A stretch of 64,000 nt of DNA from the human T2T-CHM13v2.0 reference genome, Homo sapiens. How positions within the stretch are numbered: position 1 is the first letter of the stretch; every line of letters starts with the position of its first letter. The position numbers were made by a program, and so were the translations under genes. Location: NCBI RefSeq assembly GCF_009914755.1, contig NC_060933.1; one strand, 5' to 3'. Shown here piece by piece: positions 14,706-31,134 of this stretch. The notes under the pieces were generated by a model. It made no database searches and had not been told where the DNA came from. It saw only the letters and a list, made by a program, of their open reading frames with translations.

Positions 14706-15306
14706 TTGGTAGCCAGCCTCCAAGATGACTCCTAATTAATCTCTACCTCCTGACCACAATGTTGTATGGTCCACTCTTAGAATGTACCAGAGTTGGTCTG
14801 TGTGGCCAACAAATTATAGCACAAATGATGGTGTGTACTTCTGTGATTAGGTTTTAGTAGATACTTGTGACTTCTCTTTGGGGTAGTCTCTCTCTGTGAC
14901 TTCTGTTTGCAGTATTTCTGTCTCTCTCTCTCTCTCTCTTTCTCTCTCTGTCTCTGCTCCCTCTTTCTCTCACTCTCTCACCACTTCCTCTCCCTTCCCC
15001 TCCTTCTTTCTGTCTCTCTCTCACTTTCTTTCTCTTCAGGTCATCACTCACCCTGGTGGAACCCAAAATGTCACATGGTGAGACACTGAAGCCTCCTGCC
15101 AATAGTCACATGAGTGAGTCTGGAAGTGAATCTTTCAGCACCATCAGATGACTGTATCACTGGCTTACAGTTTTACTGCAACCTCATGAGAAACCAGAGC
15201 CCAAACCACACAGCTAAGCAGCTCCTGAATTCCTGACTCTCAGAAATTGCTATTTTATCCTGCTAAGTTTTGGAGAAATTGGTTATACAACATTGGATAA
15301 CAGACA
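14706..15306 (+). mobile_element. MLT1F-like MaLR solo LTR with internal (TC)n expansion
   Basis: Starts tggtagccagcctccaagatg, ends ggttatacaacattggataacagaca; TSD-like TTGCT/TGGCT; (TC)n at ~14918-15040. Confidence 0.8.
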
Positions 15307-16370
15307 TGGCTAAAGAAAGAATAAGCTGGAAGATAGAGCTAAGTAAAAAAAAAAAAAAAGAAAAGAAATCAGAATAGAGAAGAGAAAGACAGAAATGTAG
15401 AAACTTGAAAGAAGAGACACTGAGGATAACATGAGAAAGTTAGTATATGCCTATTTCAAGTTCCAAAGGGAAAGAAAAGCAAATGCACTAAAAAAAAAAA
15501 AAAAAAAATACAAGAAGAAAGAAAAGATGATTTTCAAGAACAGATGAAATCATTAACCCACAGACTCAGGAAGCCCAACAAATCCTAAGCAGAATAAATA
15601 AAAAGAAATTCATACCTAAAGTCATCCTGATTTAACTAAGACACCAAAGACAATGAAATTATCTTACAATCAGGCAAACAATAGAGGCTGATCACTAATC
15701 AAGGAGCAAGAGCTGGAACCCAACATCAATAGCAACACCAACCAACAGTAAAATTCTGAAAGGAGTACTTTAGGCAGAAGTGAAGTGATACGAACAAAGA
15801 CAATAATAAATACATGGGAGAATCTAAACAGACATGGACTACATACAACAAAAATAACAATGCCTTATGTCACTAAAGAAAAAATAGCACTAATATACAT
15901 AGCAGTAAAAGTGAAGTCAAAGGAGGTGATTAGGGAGGCAGGTAATGGACGTTAACATGTGGACTGGTTCTTATATTATTTGGGAGAAGTGTAAAAACAT
16001 TGAGTGACTTTGGCCTTTGGGAACTGTGCATAGTAATTTTTAGAAAGAAGCCACTGAATGAAAAGAAACACAGTGAAAATCTTCTATACCAATAGAGAGC
16101 ATAAAAAGGAATGGAAAAAAATCAGTCCTGAATAAACCAAGGATTAGAAATGAAACATAAACATAAGGTAACATGAACAATGAAACATAAGGTAATACAA
16201 ACAGTAGTCACAAAATAAATTGCTAGAAAAAATATTCAAACACATTAGTAATTACAATAAATGTAAGTGAAATCAATGTTCTAGTTAGCAAATTTCTGAA
16301 ACAGATTGTCTAAGCTGGCTCTATGCTGCTAATGAGGCACATAACTGAAGTAAATGTCCCACAAATATTT

Positions 16371-19442
<3,072 letters not shown>

Positions 19443-19477
19443 TCCCACAAAGATTTAATGTAAAAAGATGTAAAACT

Positions 19478-19821
<344 letters not shown>

Positions 19822-20860
19822 CTACTATCTCTCAAATTAGACACTGAATGAAAGCATTGCCATAGATTAAAACTGTGACAGCATAGTGATAAAAGTTTCA
19901 GTTGACCTGGTAGATGTAACAATTCTAATTTTGTATACATCAATAGCACCACCTTAACATATGTTAAACAAAAATTGACAGGACTACAAACAGAAATACA
20001 CAAAATCTCCATCATACTGAAAAATGTTAATTACTGCAACTCTCTGGATTATTTTGTCAAGCAGACAAAAATAAGCAAAGATATAACTGTTTTGAAAAAT
20101 ATAATTATCAGGTTTTATCACTGGATATAGATATATATAAAAAATATATATTTTTATATATATAAAAAACACTGTACCCAAAAAGCACAAACTACACATT
20201 TTTAGGCATATACACATTTAAGCATATTTACCAAAGTAACCACATAACTGGCCAGTAATTCTTAATAAATTTCAAATATTCAATCAAATAGATCACATTC
20301 TCTGGTGACATTTTTCCCTATTTATTATTTATTATTTTTATTTTTGTGAGTACTGAGTCTGTGTCTATATTTCTGGGGTACACGAGACATTTTGATACTG
20401 TCGTGTAATGTGAAATAAGCACATCATGGAGAATAGGGTATCCATCCCCTCAAGTATTAATCCTTTGAGTTACAGACAATCCAATTACACTCTAACTTAT
20501 TTTGAAAGATATAATTTACTATTGACTATAGTCACCCTATTGTGCTATCAAATGATAGGTCATATTCATTCTTTCTATTATTTTTTCATATCCATTAACC
20601 ATTTCCACCTCCCCCACAACCCTCCCACTACCCTTCCCAGGCTCTGGTAACCATCCTTCTACTCTCCACATCCATGAGTTCAATTGCTTTGATTTTTAGA
20701 TCCCATAAATAACAGAGAACATGCAATGTTTGTCTTTCTGTGCCTGGCTTATTTCACTTAACATAATGATCTCCAGTTCTATCCATGTTGTTGCAAATGA
20801 CTACATTTCACTCTTTTTTATGACTGAATAGGATTCCATTGTGTATATGTGCCACATTTT

Positions 20861-21179
20861 CTTTTCTTTTCTTTTCTTTTTTTTGAGACAGAGTCTCGCT
20901 CTGTCGCCCAGGCTGGAGTGCAGAGGCTCACTGCAAGCTCGGCCTCCCGAGTTCATGCCATTCTCCTGCCTCAGCCTTCCGAGTAGCTGAGACTACAGGC
21001 GCCCGCCACCATGCGCTAATTTTTTGTATTTTAGTAGAGATGGGGTTTTGTATTTTAGTAGAGATGGGCCAGGATGTTCTTGATCTCCTGACCTCGTGAC
21101 CCACCCGCCTCCGCCTCCCAAAATGCTGGGATTATAGGTGTGAGCCACCGCGCCCGGCCATGCGCCACCACGCCCGGCC
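20861..21179 (-). mobile_element. AluY with internal duplications and deletions
   Basis: ctgcaagctc and gttcatgccattctc AluY features; TSD atgtgccacattttcttt on both sides. Confidence 0.95.
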
Positions 21180-22171
21180 ATGTGCCACATTTTCTTTATC
21201 CATTCATCTGCTGATGTACTTAGGTTGCTTCCAAATCTTTGCTAATGTAAAAAGTGCTTCAACAAACATAGGAGTGCAGATATTCTCTTCCAGATACTGA
21301 TTTCCTTTCTTTTGAGTATATACCCACCAGTGGGATTGCTAGATCTTATGGGAACTTTAATTTTAGTTTTTTGAGAAACCTCCAAACTGTTCTCCACAGT
21401 GGTTGTGCTAATTTATATTCCCACCAACTGTACACAAGTATTCCCTTTTCTCCATATCCTTGCCAGCATTTGTTATTGCCTGTCTTTTGGATATAAGCCA
21501 TTTTAACTGAGGTGAGATAATACCTTGTAGTTTTGATTCACATTTCTTGGATGATCAGTGATGTTGAGCACCTATTCATATGCCTGTTTGCCATTTGTAT
21601 GTCTTCTTTTGAGGAATGTCTATTTAAATATTTTGCCCCTTTTTTGATCAGACTACTAGATTTTTTTCCTATGGAGTTGTTTGAGCTGCTTATATATTCT
21701 GGTTATTAATTCCTTGTCAGATGGGTAGTTTGCAAATTTTTTCTTCCATTCTGTGTGTTGTCTCTTCTTTTTGTTGATTGTTTCCTTTGCTGTGCAAAAG
21801 CTTTTCAACTTGATGTGATCACATTTGTCCATTTTTGCTTCGGTTGCCTGTGCTTACGGGGTATTTCTCAAAAAGTTTTTGCCTAGACCAATGTCTTAGA
21901 GGTTTTCCCCAATGTTTTCTTGTAGTAGTTTCATAGTTTGAGGTCTTAGATTTAAGTCTTCAAACCATTTGATTTGATTTTTTTATATGGCTAGAGATAG
22001 AGGTCTAGTTTCATTCTTCTACATAAGGATGTCCGGTTTTTCCAGCACTATTTATCAAAGAGGCTGTCATTTCCCCAGTGTATGTTCTTGGCACCTTTGT
22101 CAAAAATGTAGGTGTGTGGATTTGTTCTGGGTTCTCTATTCTTTTCCATTGGTCTATGTGTCTGTTTTTAA

Positions 22172-22555
<384 letters not shown>

Positions 22556-25500
22556 TACAGTTTTTATTCTTTTTGCTTAGAATAGCTTTGGCTATTCTGG
22601 GTCTTTTGTGGTTTCACATAAATTTTAGTGTAGTTTTTCTTTTTCTGTGAAGAATGTCACTGGTATTTTTATAGGAATTGCATTGAATCTGTAGATTGCT
22701 TTGGGCAAAATAGACATTTCAACAATATTGATCCTTCCAATCCATGAACATTGACTATTTTTCCATTTTGTTGTGTCCTCTTCAATTTATTTCATCAGCA
22801 TTTTATAGTTTTCATTATAGAGATTTTTCACATGTTGGTTAATTCCTAGATATTTAGTTTTATGTGTGGCTATTGTAAATGGGATTATTATTTTTATTTC
22901 TCTTTCAAATTGTTCACTGTTAGCCTACAGAAATGCTACTGGTTTTTGCAGGTTGATTTTGTATTCTGCAATTTTACTGAATTTGTGTATCTGTTCTAAT
23001 GGTTTTCTTATGGAATCTTCTGATTTTTCCAAATGTAAGATTATATCATCCCCAAACAGGGGCAATTTGACTTCTTCCTTTCCAATTTGGATGGCCTTTA
23101 TGTCTTTCTCTTGTCTGATTGCCCTAGCTAGGACTTCCAGTATTATGTTGATAACAATGGTGACAGTGGGCATCCTTATTATGTTCCAGATATTAGAGGA
23201 AAGTCTTTCAGTTTTTCCCCATTCAGTATGGTACCAGCTGTGGGTCTGTCATATATGGCTTTTATTATGTTGAGATGCGTTCCTTCTATACTTAATTTTT
23301 TGAGGGTTTTTATCATGAAGGGATGTTGAATTTTATAAAATGTTTTTTTCAGCATCAATTGAAATGGTCATATGGTTTTTATCTTTCATTCTGTTGATAT
23401 GATGTAACACAGATTGATTTGCACATGTTGTACCATGTTTGTGTCCCAGGGATAAATCCCACTTGGTCATGATGAATGATCTTTCTAATGTATTGTTTAA
23501 TTCAGTTTGCTAGTATTTAGTTGAGGAATTTTGCATTAATATTCATCAGAGATAGAGGCCTGTAGTTTTCTTTTTTCAATGTATCTTTTTCTGGTTTTGG
23601 CATTAGAGTAATACTGGCCTCCTACAATTAGTTTGGAAGTATTCCCTTCTTCTCTACTCTTCAGAATAGTTTGAGTAGAATTGACATTAGTTCTTCGAAT
23701 GTTTGGTAGAATTCAGCAGTAAAGCCATCAGGTCCCAGTCTTTAATTTTCTGGGAGACTTTATATTATGGCTTTGATTTAATTACTTGTTATTGGTCTGT
23801 TCGGGTTTTATATTTCTTCCTGGCTCCCTCTTGATAGGTTGTATGTATGTAGGAGTTTGTCCATTTCGTCTAGATTTTCCAATGTATTAGCATACAGTTG
23901 TGCATAGTAGCCACTAATGATCCTTTGAATTTTTGCAGTATCAGTTGTAATGTCTCCCTTTTCATTTCTGATTTTATTTATTTGGATCTTTTTTTTTCTT
24001 AGTCTTGCTAATAGTCTGTCAATTTTGTTTAACTTCAAAAAAAACTTTTAAAAAGTGATCTTTTATATTGTCTTTTCACATCAATTTTATTTATTTCTGC
24101 TCTGATCTTCATTATTTCCTTTCTTCAACTAATTTGGGGGTTGGTTTGCTCTTGCTTTTCTAGTTCTTTAAGATGCATTGTTAGATTGCTCATCTGAAGT
24201 TTGTCCTCTTTTTTAGGGTTGGCACTTTTAACTATAAATTTCCCTCTTAGTACTACTTTCACTGTGTCACATAGGCATTGATATATTGTGTTTCCATTAT
24301 CATTTGTTTCAAGGTTTTTTTCAATTTTCTTCTTAATTTCTTTATTAACCCACTGGTCATTCAGAAGCACATAACCTAATTTCCATGTATTTGTATAGCT
24401 TTCAAAAACCCTATTGCTATTTATTTCTAGTTTTATTCCATTGGGGTCAGAGAAGACGCTTGATATTATTTCAATTTTTCTTAACATTTTAAGACGTATT
24501 TTATGACCTAATGTATGGTCTATCATGGAGAATGGCCCTTGTGCTGGGGTAAATAATGTGTATTCTGCAGCTTTAGGATGAAATGTTCTGTAAATATCTA
24601 TTAGATCCATTTGGTCTATAGTTCAGATTAAGTCTAATGTTTCTTTGTTGGTTATCTGTCTAGAAGATTTGTCTCATGCTGAAAGTTGGGCATTGACGTC
24701 TCCAGCTATTATTGTATTGGGCCTCTCTCTTTACCTATAATAATATTTGCTTTTTATATGTGGGTGCTCCAGTGTTGGGTGCATATATACTTAAAGTTGT
24801 TACATCCTCTTGCTGAACTGACACCTCTATCATTATATAGTGATATTCTTTGTCTCTTTTATAGTTTTGGTCTTAAAATCTATTTTGTGTGATATAAATA
24901 TACAAACTCCTGCTCACTTTTGGCTTCCATTGGCATGGAATATCTTTTTCTATCCCTTTAATTTCAACCTATATATGTCTTTATATGTGAAGTGTATTGT
25001 TTGTAGGCAAAAGATCAATGGGTCTTATTTTTTCAACCATTCAGCCACTCTATGTTTTTCAAATGGAAAGTTTAGTCCATTTGCATGCAATGTTATTGTT
25101 GATAAGTAAGAAATTATTCCTGTTACTTATTTTCTGGTTGTTTTGTGGTGTTTTCTTCCTTCTTTCTTTCCTTCCTGCCTTTGTCTGTGAAGGTGATTTT
25201 CTCTGGTCATATAATTTAATTTCTTGCTTTTTATTTTTTGTGTATCCATTGTATATGTTTTGGTTTGAGCCTACCAGGAGGCTTACAAAAACTATCTTAT
25301 AACCCATTATTTTAACCTGATAACAATTTAACATTATTTGCATAAACAAGTAAAAAGAACTAATAAAACTCTATGCCCTAACTTTGTCCCCCCACTTTTT
25401 AACTTTTTGTTGCTTCTACTGATATCTTATTGTACTGAATATGACTTTTAAAGTTGTTGTAGTTATTATTTTTGATTAGTTCATTGTTTAGTCTTTCTAC

Positions 25501-26260
25501 TTAGGACAAGAATAGTTTATACACCACAGTTAGAGTGTACTTGCTATTACCAGTGAGTTTTGTATATTCATGTGATTATTTATTGCTCATTAATGTCCGT
25601 TTCTTTCTGATTGAAGTACTCCCTTTAGCATTTCTTGTAGAACAGGTCTGGTATCGATGAAATCCCGCAGCTTTTGTTTGTCTGGAGAAGTCTTTATTTC
25701 TCTTTCATGTTTGAAGGATAATTTTGCCAGATATTTTATTCTAGAGTAAAATATTTTTTCCTCGGAACTTTTAATATGTCATGCCATTCTCTCCTGGTCT
25801 ATAAGGTTCTCATTGAAAAGTCTGCTGCCAGATGTATTGGAGCTCTGTTGTATTTTATTTATTTCTTTAATCTTGCTGCTTTTAAGATTTTTTTTATCCT
25901 TGACCTTTGGCAATTTGATTATTAAATGCCTTGAGGTAGTCTTCTTTAGGTTAAATCTACCTGGTGTTCTATAACCTTCTTGTACTTAAATATTGATATA
26001 TTTCTTTCTAGGTTTGGGAAATTATCTGTTATTATTCCTTTGAATAAATTTTCTACCCCTATATCTTTCTCTACCTCCTCTTTAACGCCAGTAACTCTTA
26101 GATTTGCCCTTTTGAGGCTATTTTCTACATTCTGTAGCCATGCTTTATTGATTTTTATTCTTTTGTTTTGTTTTGTTTCCTTTGTGTATTTTCAAATAGC
26201 CCATCTTCAAGCTCACTAATTCTTTTTTCTCCTTGATCTATTCTACTATTAAAAGCCTCT

Positions 26261-26865
26261 GAGATTCTGGTACATTGTATCTTTGCTCTCATTAGTTTCA
26301 AAAAACTTCTTGATTTCTGCATTAACTTCATTATTTACCCAAGAATCACTCAGGAGCAGGTTGATCAATTTCCACCTAGTTGTGTGGTTTTGAGTGAATT
26401 TCTTAATCTTGAGTTCTAACTTGATTGTTCTGTGGTCTGCGAGACTGTTTGTTATTATTTCAATTATTTTGCATTTGCTGAGGAGTGTTTCACTTTCAAT
26501 TATGTGATCAATTTTTGTGTAAGTGCCATGTGGCAATGAGAAGAACGTATATTCTGTTGTTTTTGGGGGGAGAGTTCATAGATATCTATCAGGTCCATTT
26601 GATCCAGAGCTGAGTTCAAGTCCTGAATATCTTTGTTAATTTTCTGTTTCAATGATCTGTCTAATATTGTCAGTGGGGTGTTAAAGTCTCCCGTTATTAC
26701 TGTGTGGGAGTCTAAGTCTGTTCAAAGGTCTCTAAGTTGTTTTATGAATCTGGGGGCTCTTGTGTTGGTGCATATATATTTAGGATAGTTAGCTCTTCTT
26801 GTTGAATGGAACCATTTACCATTACATAATGCCCTTCTTTGTCTTTTTTTGTTTAAAGTAGGGTT
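26261..26865 (-). mobile_element. Internal L1PA endonuclease-region fragment with no tail or classical TSD
   Basis: ORF 26249..26536 ([12 protein letters not shown]...TMYQNL) is L1PA ORF2 EN; host L1MA reads ...aaaagcctct|gatgcagtcttc across it. Confidence 0.85.
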
Positions 26866-28879
26866 GATGCAGTCTTCGGTATGCCAATTGCATTTTTCAG
26901 TTCCAGAATTTCCTCTTGATTTTTTTAAATTATTTCAATCTCTTTGTTAAATTTATCTGATAGAATTCTGAATTCCTTCTCTGAGTTATCTTGAGTTTCT
27001 TTGAATTTCCTCAATGCTGATATTTTGAATTCTCTATCTGAAAGGCCGTTATATCTCCGTCTCTCCAGGATTGGTCCATGGTGGCTTCTTTAGTTCATTT
27101 GGTGAGATCATGTTTTCCTGAATGGTGTTGATCCTAGTAGATGTTCCTTGTTGTCTAGGCTTTGAAGAGTTAGATATTTGTTGTAGTTTTCACTGTCTGG
27201 GCTTATTTGGAGCTATTCTTGAGAAGGCTTTCCAGATATTTTAAAGGACTTGAGTGTTACAATATAAGCTGTATCTGCTTTAGGGGGCAGCCCAAGCCCA
27301 GTAACACTGTGGTTCTTGCAGACTCATAGAGATTACTTGACAGAGACTCTTATTCTCTTCCCCTACTTTCTCCCAAACAAACATATTTTCTCTCTCTGTT
27401 CTGAACCACCTAAAGCTGGAGACGGAATGACACAAGCACCCCTATGGCTACCACCACTATGACTGTGCTGTGTCAGAGCTGAAGCAAGCACAGTGCTGGG
27501 TCTCATCCAAGGCCTGCTATAACCACTCCATGGCTATTGCCTGTGTTACTCAAGGCCCTGGGGCTCTACCATCAGCAGGTGGCAATGCCAACCAGGCCTG
27601 TGTCCTTCCCTTCAAGATGGAAAGGTTCCCCCAGGCCCTGGGCAAGTCCAGAAGTGCTGTCCTGGAGTCAGGGACTAGAGTCCAATATCTCAGAAGTCTA
27701 CTTGGTGTTCTATCATATTGCAGCTGAGCTGGCACTCAAACCACAAGACACAGTCCTTTTCACTCTTCCGTCCACTTTCCAAAAGCCAGAGGAGCCTCAT
27801 CCAGTAGCCCTGCCACTCCAGGCCACAAGGAGTACTTTCAGGATACCAGTCAATGTTCCCTTAAGGCCTAAGATCTCTTAAGTCAGCTTGTAGTGAATGC
27901 TTCTTCGCCTGGGACACAGTGGGCACCCCTCTGGCCCAAGGCAGGTCCAGAAATGCCATCCAAGAGTCAAGTCCTGGAAACAGGGACCCCAAGAGGCCGC
28001 TTGATGCTCTGCCCCACTGTGGCTATGCTGGTGCCTGAAGCCAGCAAGTTTCAGGGGCTCACCCAAGGCCCTTGATGTAGAACCTGGGTATCATTGCTGG
28101 TTATTCAGGGTCCAAGGGCACTTCAGTTAGCAGGTGATGAATGCTGTGCCAGGACTAGGTTCTTTCCTTCAAGGCAGCAGGTTCCCTCCTGGCCCAGGGT
28201 GTGTCTAGAAATGTCATCTGTTAGCTAGGCCCTGTAACGGGGGCCTCACAATGCTGTCCAGTGCCCTATCATGCTGTGGCTTAGCTAGTATCCAAGATGC
28301 ATGATAAAGTCCTCCCCACTTTTCCCTCTCCTCTCCTCAAGCAGAAGGAAGGGGTCTTTTTTGGAGTCATGAGCTGTGCAGCATGGTGTTACGGAAGGGG
28401 TGATGCTAGCACTCCCTTGGCTGCCCCAGCTGGTGTCTCAGTATGTCTCATCCCCTCCCAGTCCACTGTCCCTGGGCCTATTTCAACCTATTTCTAGGTC
28501 TCACCTAAGAATTGCAGTCCTTATGGCCTAGACTGCCTTTCAAATTTACTTGGAGATACAGAGCACTGTAGCCCTCTGTTGCAAGGTTTGCTGCACTCAA
28601 GTTCTGACCACTGAGATTAGTGATTCTTCTATGGCTATGGCTGGTTTAAATGCTCCCTCCATGGGCAGGCATCAGCTGATTTTGGTCCGGTTTTCCTTTC
28701 TGCTCTGCCAGGGCAGCAGCGAGTTAAATGCCCCACAACTGCTGTGTTCTCCCTCCCCCAGCTGCAGCTCTCTGCACCACACTATGTGGTAGGACGGTGA
28801 GGGAGGGTAAATGAGACATCAGTGATTCCAGACTGTTTTTTCTAACTCTTCAGTGTCTCAGTGATATAAAGTTAAAACC

Positions 28880-30962
28880 GCTCTCTCCCTCTCCCTCTCC
28901 CTCTCCCTTCTTTCTTTCTTCGGTCTCCCTCTGTTGCCGAGGCTGGACTGTACTGCCGTGGTCTTGGCTTGCTGCAGCCTACCTGCCCCGGGCTCCCGTG
29001 GTTCTCCTGCCTCGGCCTGCCCAGTGCCTGGGATTGCGAGCGCGTGCCGCCACACCTGACTGGTTTTTGTATTTTTGGAGGAGACAGGGTTTCACCCTGT
29101 TGACCAGGCTGGTCTCCGGCTCCTGACCTCGAGTGGTCTGCCCGCCTCGGCCTCCCAGGGTGCTGGGATTGCAGACAGAGTCTCGCTCACTCAATGCTCA
29201 GTGTTGCCCAGACTGGAGTGCAGTGGCATGATCTTGGCTCGCCACAACCTCCACCTTCCAGCCTCCTGCCTTGGCCTCCCAAAGTGCTAAGATTACAGCC
29301 TCTGCCCAGCCGCCACCCCATCTGGGAAGTGGAAAGCGTCTCTGCCTGGCTGCCCATCGTCTAGGATGTGGGGAGTCCCTCTGCCGGGCCGCCCCGTCTG
29401 GGAAGCGAGGAGCGCCTCTGCCCGGCCGCCCTATCTGGGAAGTGAGGAGCATCTCTGCCCGGCCGCCACCCTGTCCGGGAAGTGAGGAGCATCTCTGCCC
29501 GGCCACCCATCGTCTGGGATGTGAGGAGCGCCTCTGCCTGGCCGCCACCCCGTCTGGGAGGTGAGGAGCGCCTCTGCCCGGCCACCCATCGTCTGGGATG
29601 TGAGGAGCGCCTCTGCCTGGCTGCCCCATCTGGGATGTGAGGAGCGCCTCTGCCCGGCCGCCACCCGGTCTGGGAGGCAAGGAGCGTCTCTGCCCGGCCA
29701 ACCATCTGGGATGTGAGGAGCGCCTCTGCCCAGCTGCCCCGTCTGGGATGTGAGGAGCACCCCTGCCCGGCCACCACCCCATCTGGGAGGCGAGGAGCGC
29801 CTCTGCCCGGCCGCCCCGTCTGGGAGGCGAGGAGCGCCTCTGCCTGGCCGCCACCTGGTCTGGGAGGTGAGGAGCGTCTCTGCCCGGCCGCCCATCGTCT
29901 GGGATGTGAGGAGTGCCTCTGCCCGGCTGCCCCATCTGGGATGTGAGGAACACCTCTGCCCGGCCAACACCCCGTCTGGGAGGCGAGGAGCGCCTCTGCC
30001 CGGCCGCCCCGTCTGGGAAGTGGGCACCTCTGCCCGGCCGCCCCGTCTGGGAGGTGAGGGGCGTCTCTGCCCGGCCGCCCCGTCTGGGAGGTGAGGAGCG
30101 CCTCTGCCCGGCTGCCCTTCGTCTGGGAGGTGGGGAGTGCCTCTGCCCGGCCGCCCTTCGTCTGGGAGGTGGGGAGCACCTCTGCCCGACCGCCCCGTCT
30201 GGGAAGAGGGCACCTCTGCCCGGCCGCCCCATCTGGGAGGTGAGGGGCATCTCTGCCCAGCCGCCCCGTCTGGGAGGTGAGGAGCGCCTCTGCCCAGCCG
30301 CCCCGCCTGGGAGGTGAGGGGCATCTCTGCCTGGCCACCCTTCATCTGGGAGGTGGGAAACACCTCTGCCCGGCTGCCCCGTCTGGGAAGTGGGGAGCAC
30401 CTCTGCCAGGCCGCCCCATCTGGGAAGTGTACCCAACAGCTCTGAAGAGACAGCGACCATCAAGAACGGGCCACGATGACGATGGCGGTTTTGTCAAAAA
30501 GAAAAGGGGGAAATGTGGGGAAAAGAAAGAGAGATCAGATTGTTACTGTGTCTGTGTAGAAAGAAGTTGACATAGGAGACACCATTTTGTTCTGTACTAA
30601 GAAAAATTCTTCTGCCTTGGGATGCTGTTAATCTATAACCTTACCCCCAACCCAGTGCTCTCTGAAACATGTGCTGTGTCAACTCAGGGTTAAATGGATT
30701 AAGGGCAGTGCAAGATGTGCTTTGTTAAACAGATGCTTGAAGGCAGCATGCTCATTAAGAGTCATCACCACTCCCTAATCTCAAGTACCCAGGGACACAA
30801 ACACTGCCGAAGGCCGCACGGACCTCTGTCTAGGAAAACCAGAGACCTTTGCTCACGTGTTTATCTTCTGACCTTCTCTCCACTATTATCCTATGACCCT
30901 GCCACATCCCCCTCTCTGAGAAACACCCAAGAATGATCAATAAATACTAAAAAATAAAAATA

Positions 30963-30994
<32 letters not shown>
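28880..30994 (+). mobile_element. Full-length SVA_A retrotransposon
   Basis: (CCCTCT)n head; antisense Alu-like domain; GC-rich VNTR ~29300-30428; SINE-R (HERV-K env/LTR) with AATAAA; (AAT)n tail; TSD taaaacc at 28873-28879/30995-31001. Confidence 0.97.
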
Positions 30995-30999
<5 letters not shown>

Positions 31000-31126
31000 C
31001 CAAGTACTATGAGTGTTCACCTGATTTTTGGTTCTTAAGAAAGTGGTTTTTTTCTGTGTAGATAGTTATTAACTTGGTGCCTTTGCAGGGGTGGGAGAGG
31101 GGACAATCAGTGGAGACTTCTATTCA

Positions 31127-31134
31127 GCCATCTT
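31127..31134 (-). promoter_or_regulatory. YY1 motif (AAGATGGC) at the L1MA 5' end
   Basis: gccatctt about 20 bp inside the 5' TSD, the canonical position in L1 promoters; activity unknown. Confidence 0.6.

Noticed and set aside
22866-25349. ORFs of 76-161 aa on both strands
   Set aside because: Decayed L1MA ORF2 pieces and their antisense frames.
27550-28320. Internally repeated ~250-bp GC-richer units
   Set aside because: They lie within the L1MA 5'UTR, and tandem subunits are a normal feature of old L1 5'UTRs.
29300-30428. Repeat array superficially like a CRISPR array or CpG-island promoter
   Set aside because: No unique spacers; flanked by SVA Alu-like and SINE-R domains in a primate genome.
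29198-30570. Long ORFs of 421, 325 and 310 aa and overlapping ones
   Set aside because: They are translations of the GC-rich, stop-poor SVA VNTR, open in several frames with repetitive peptides.
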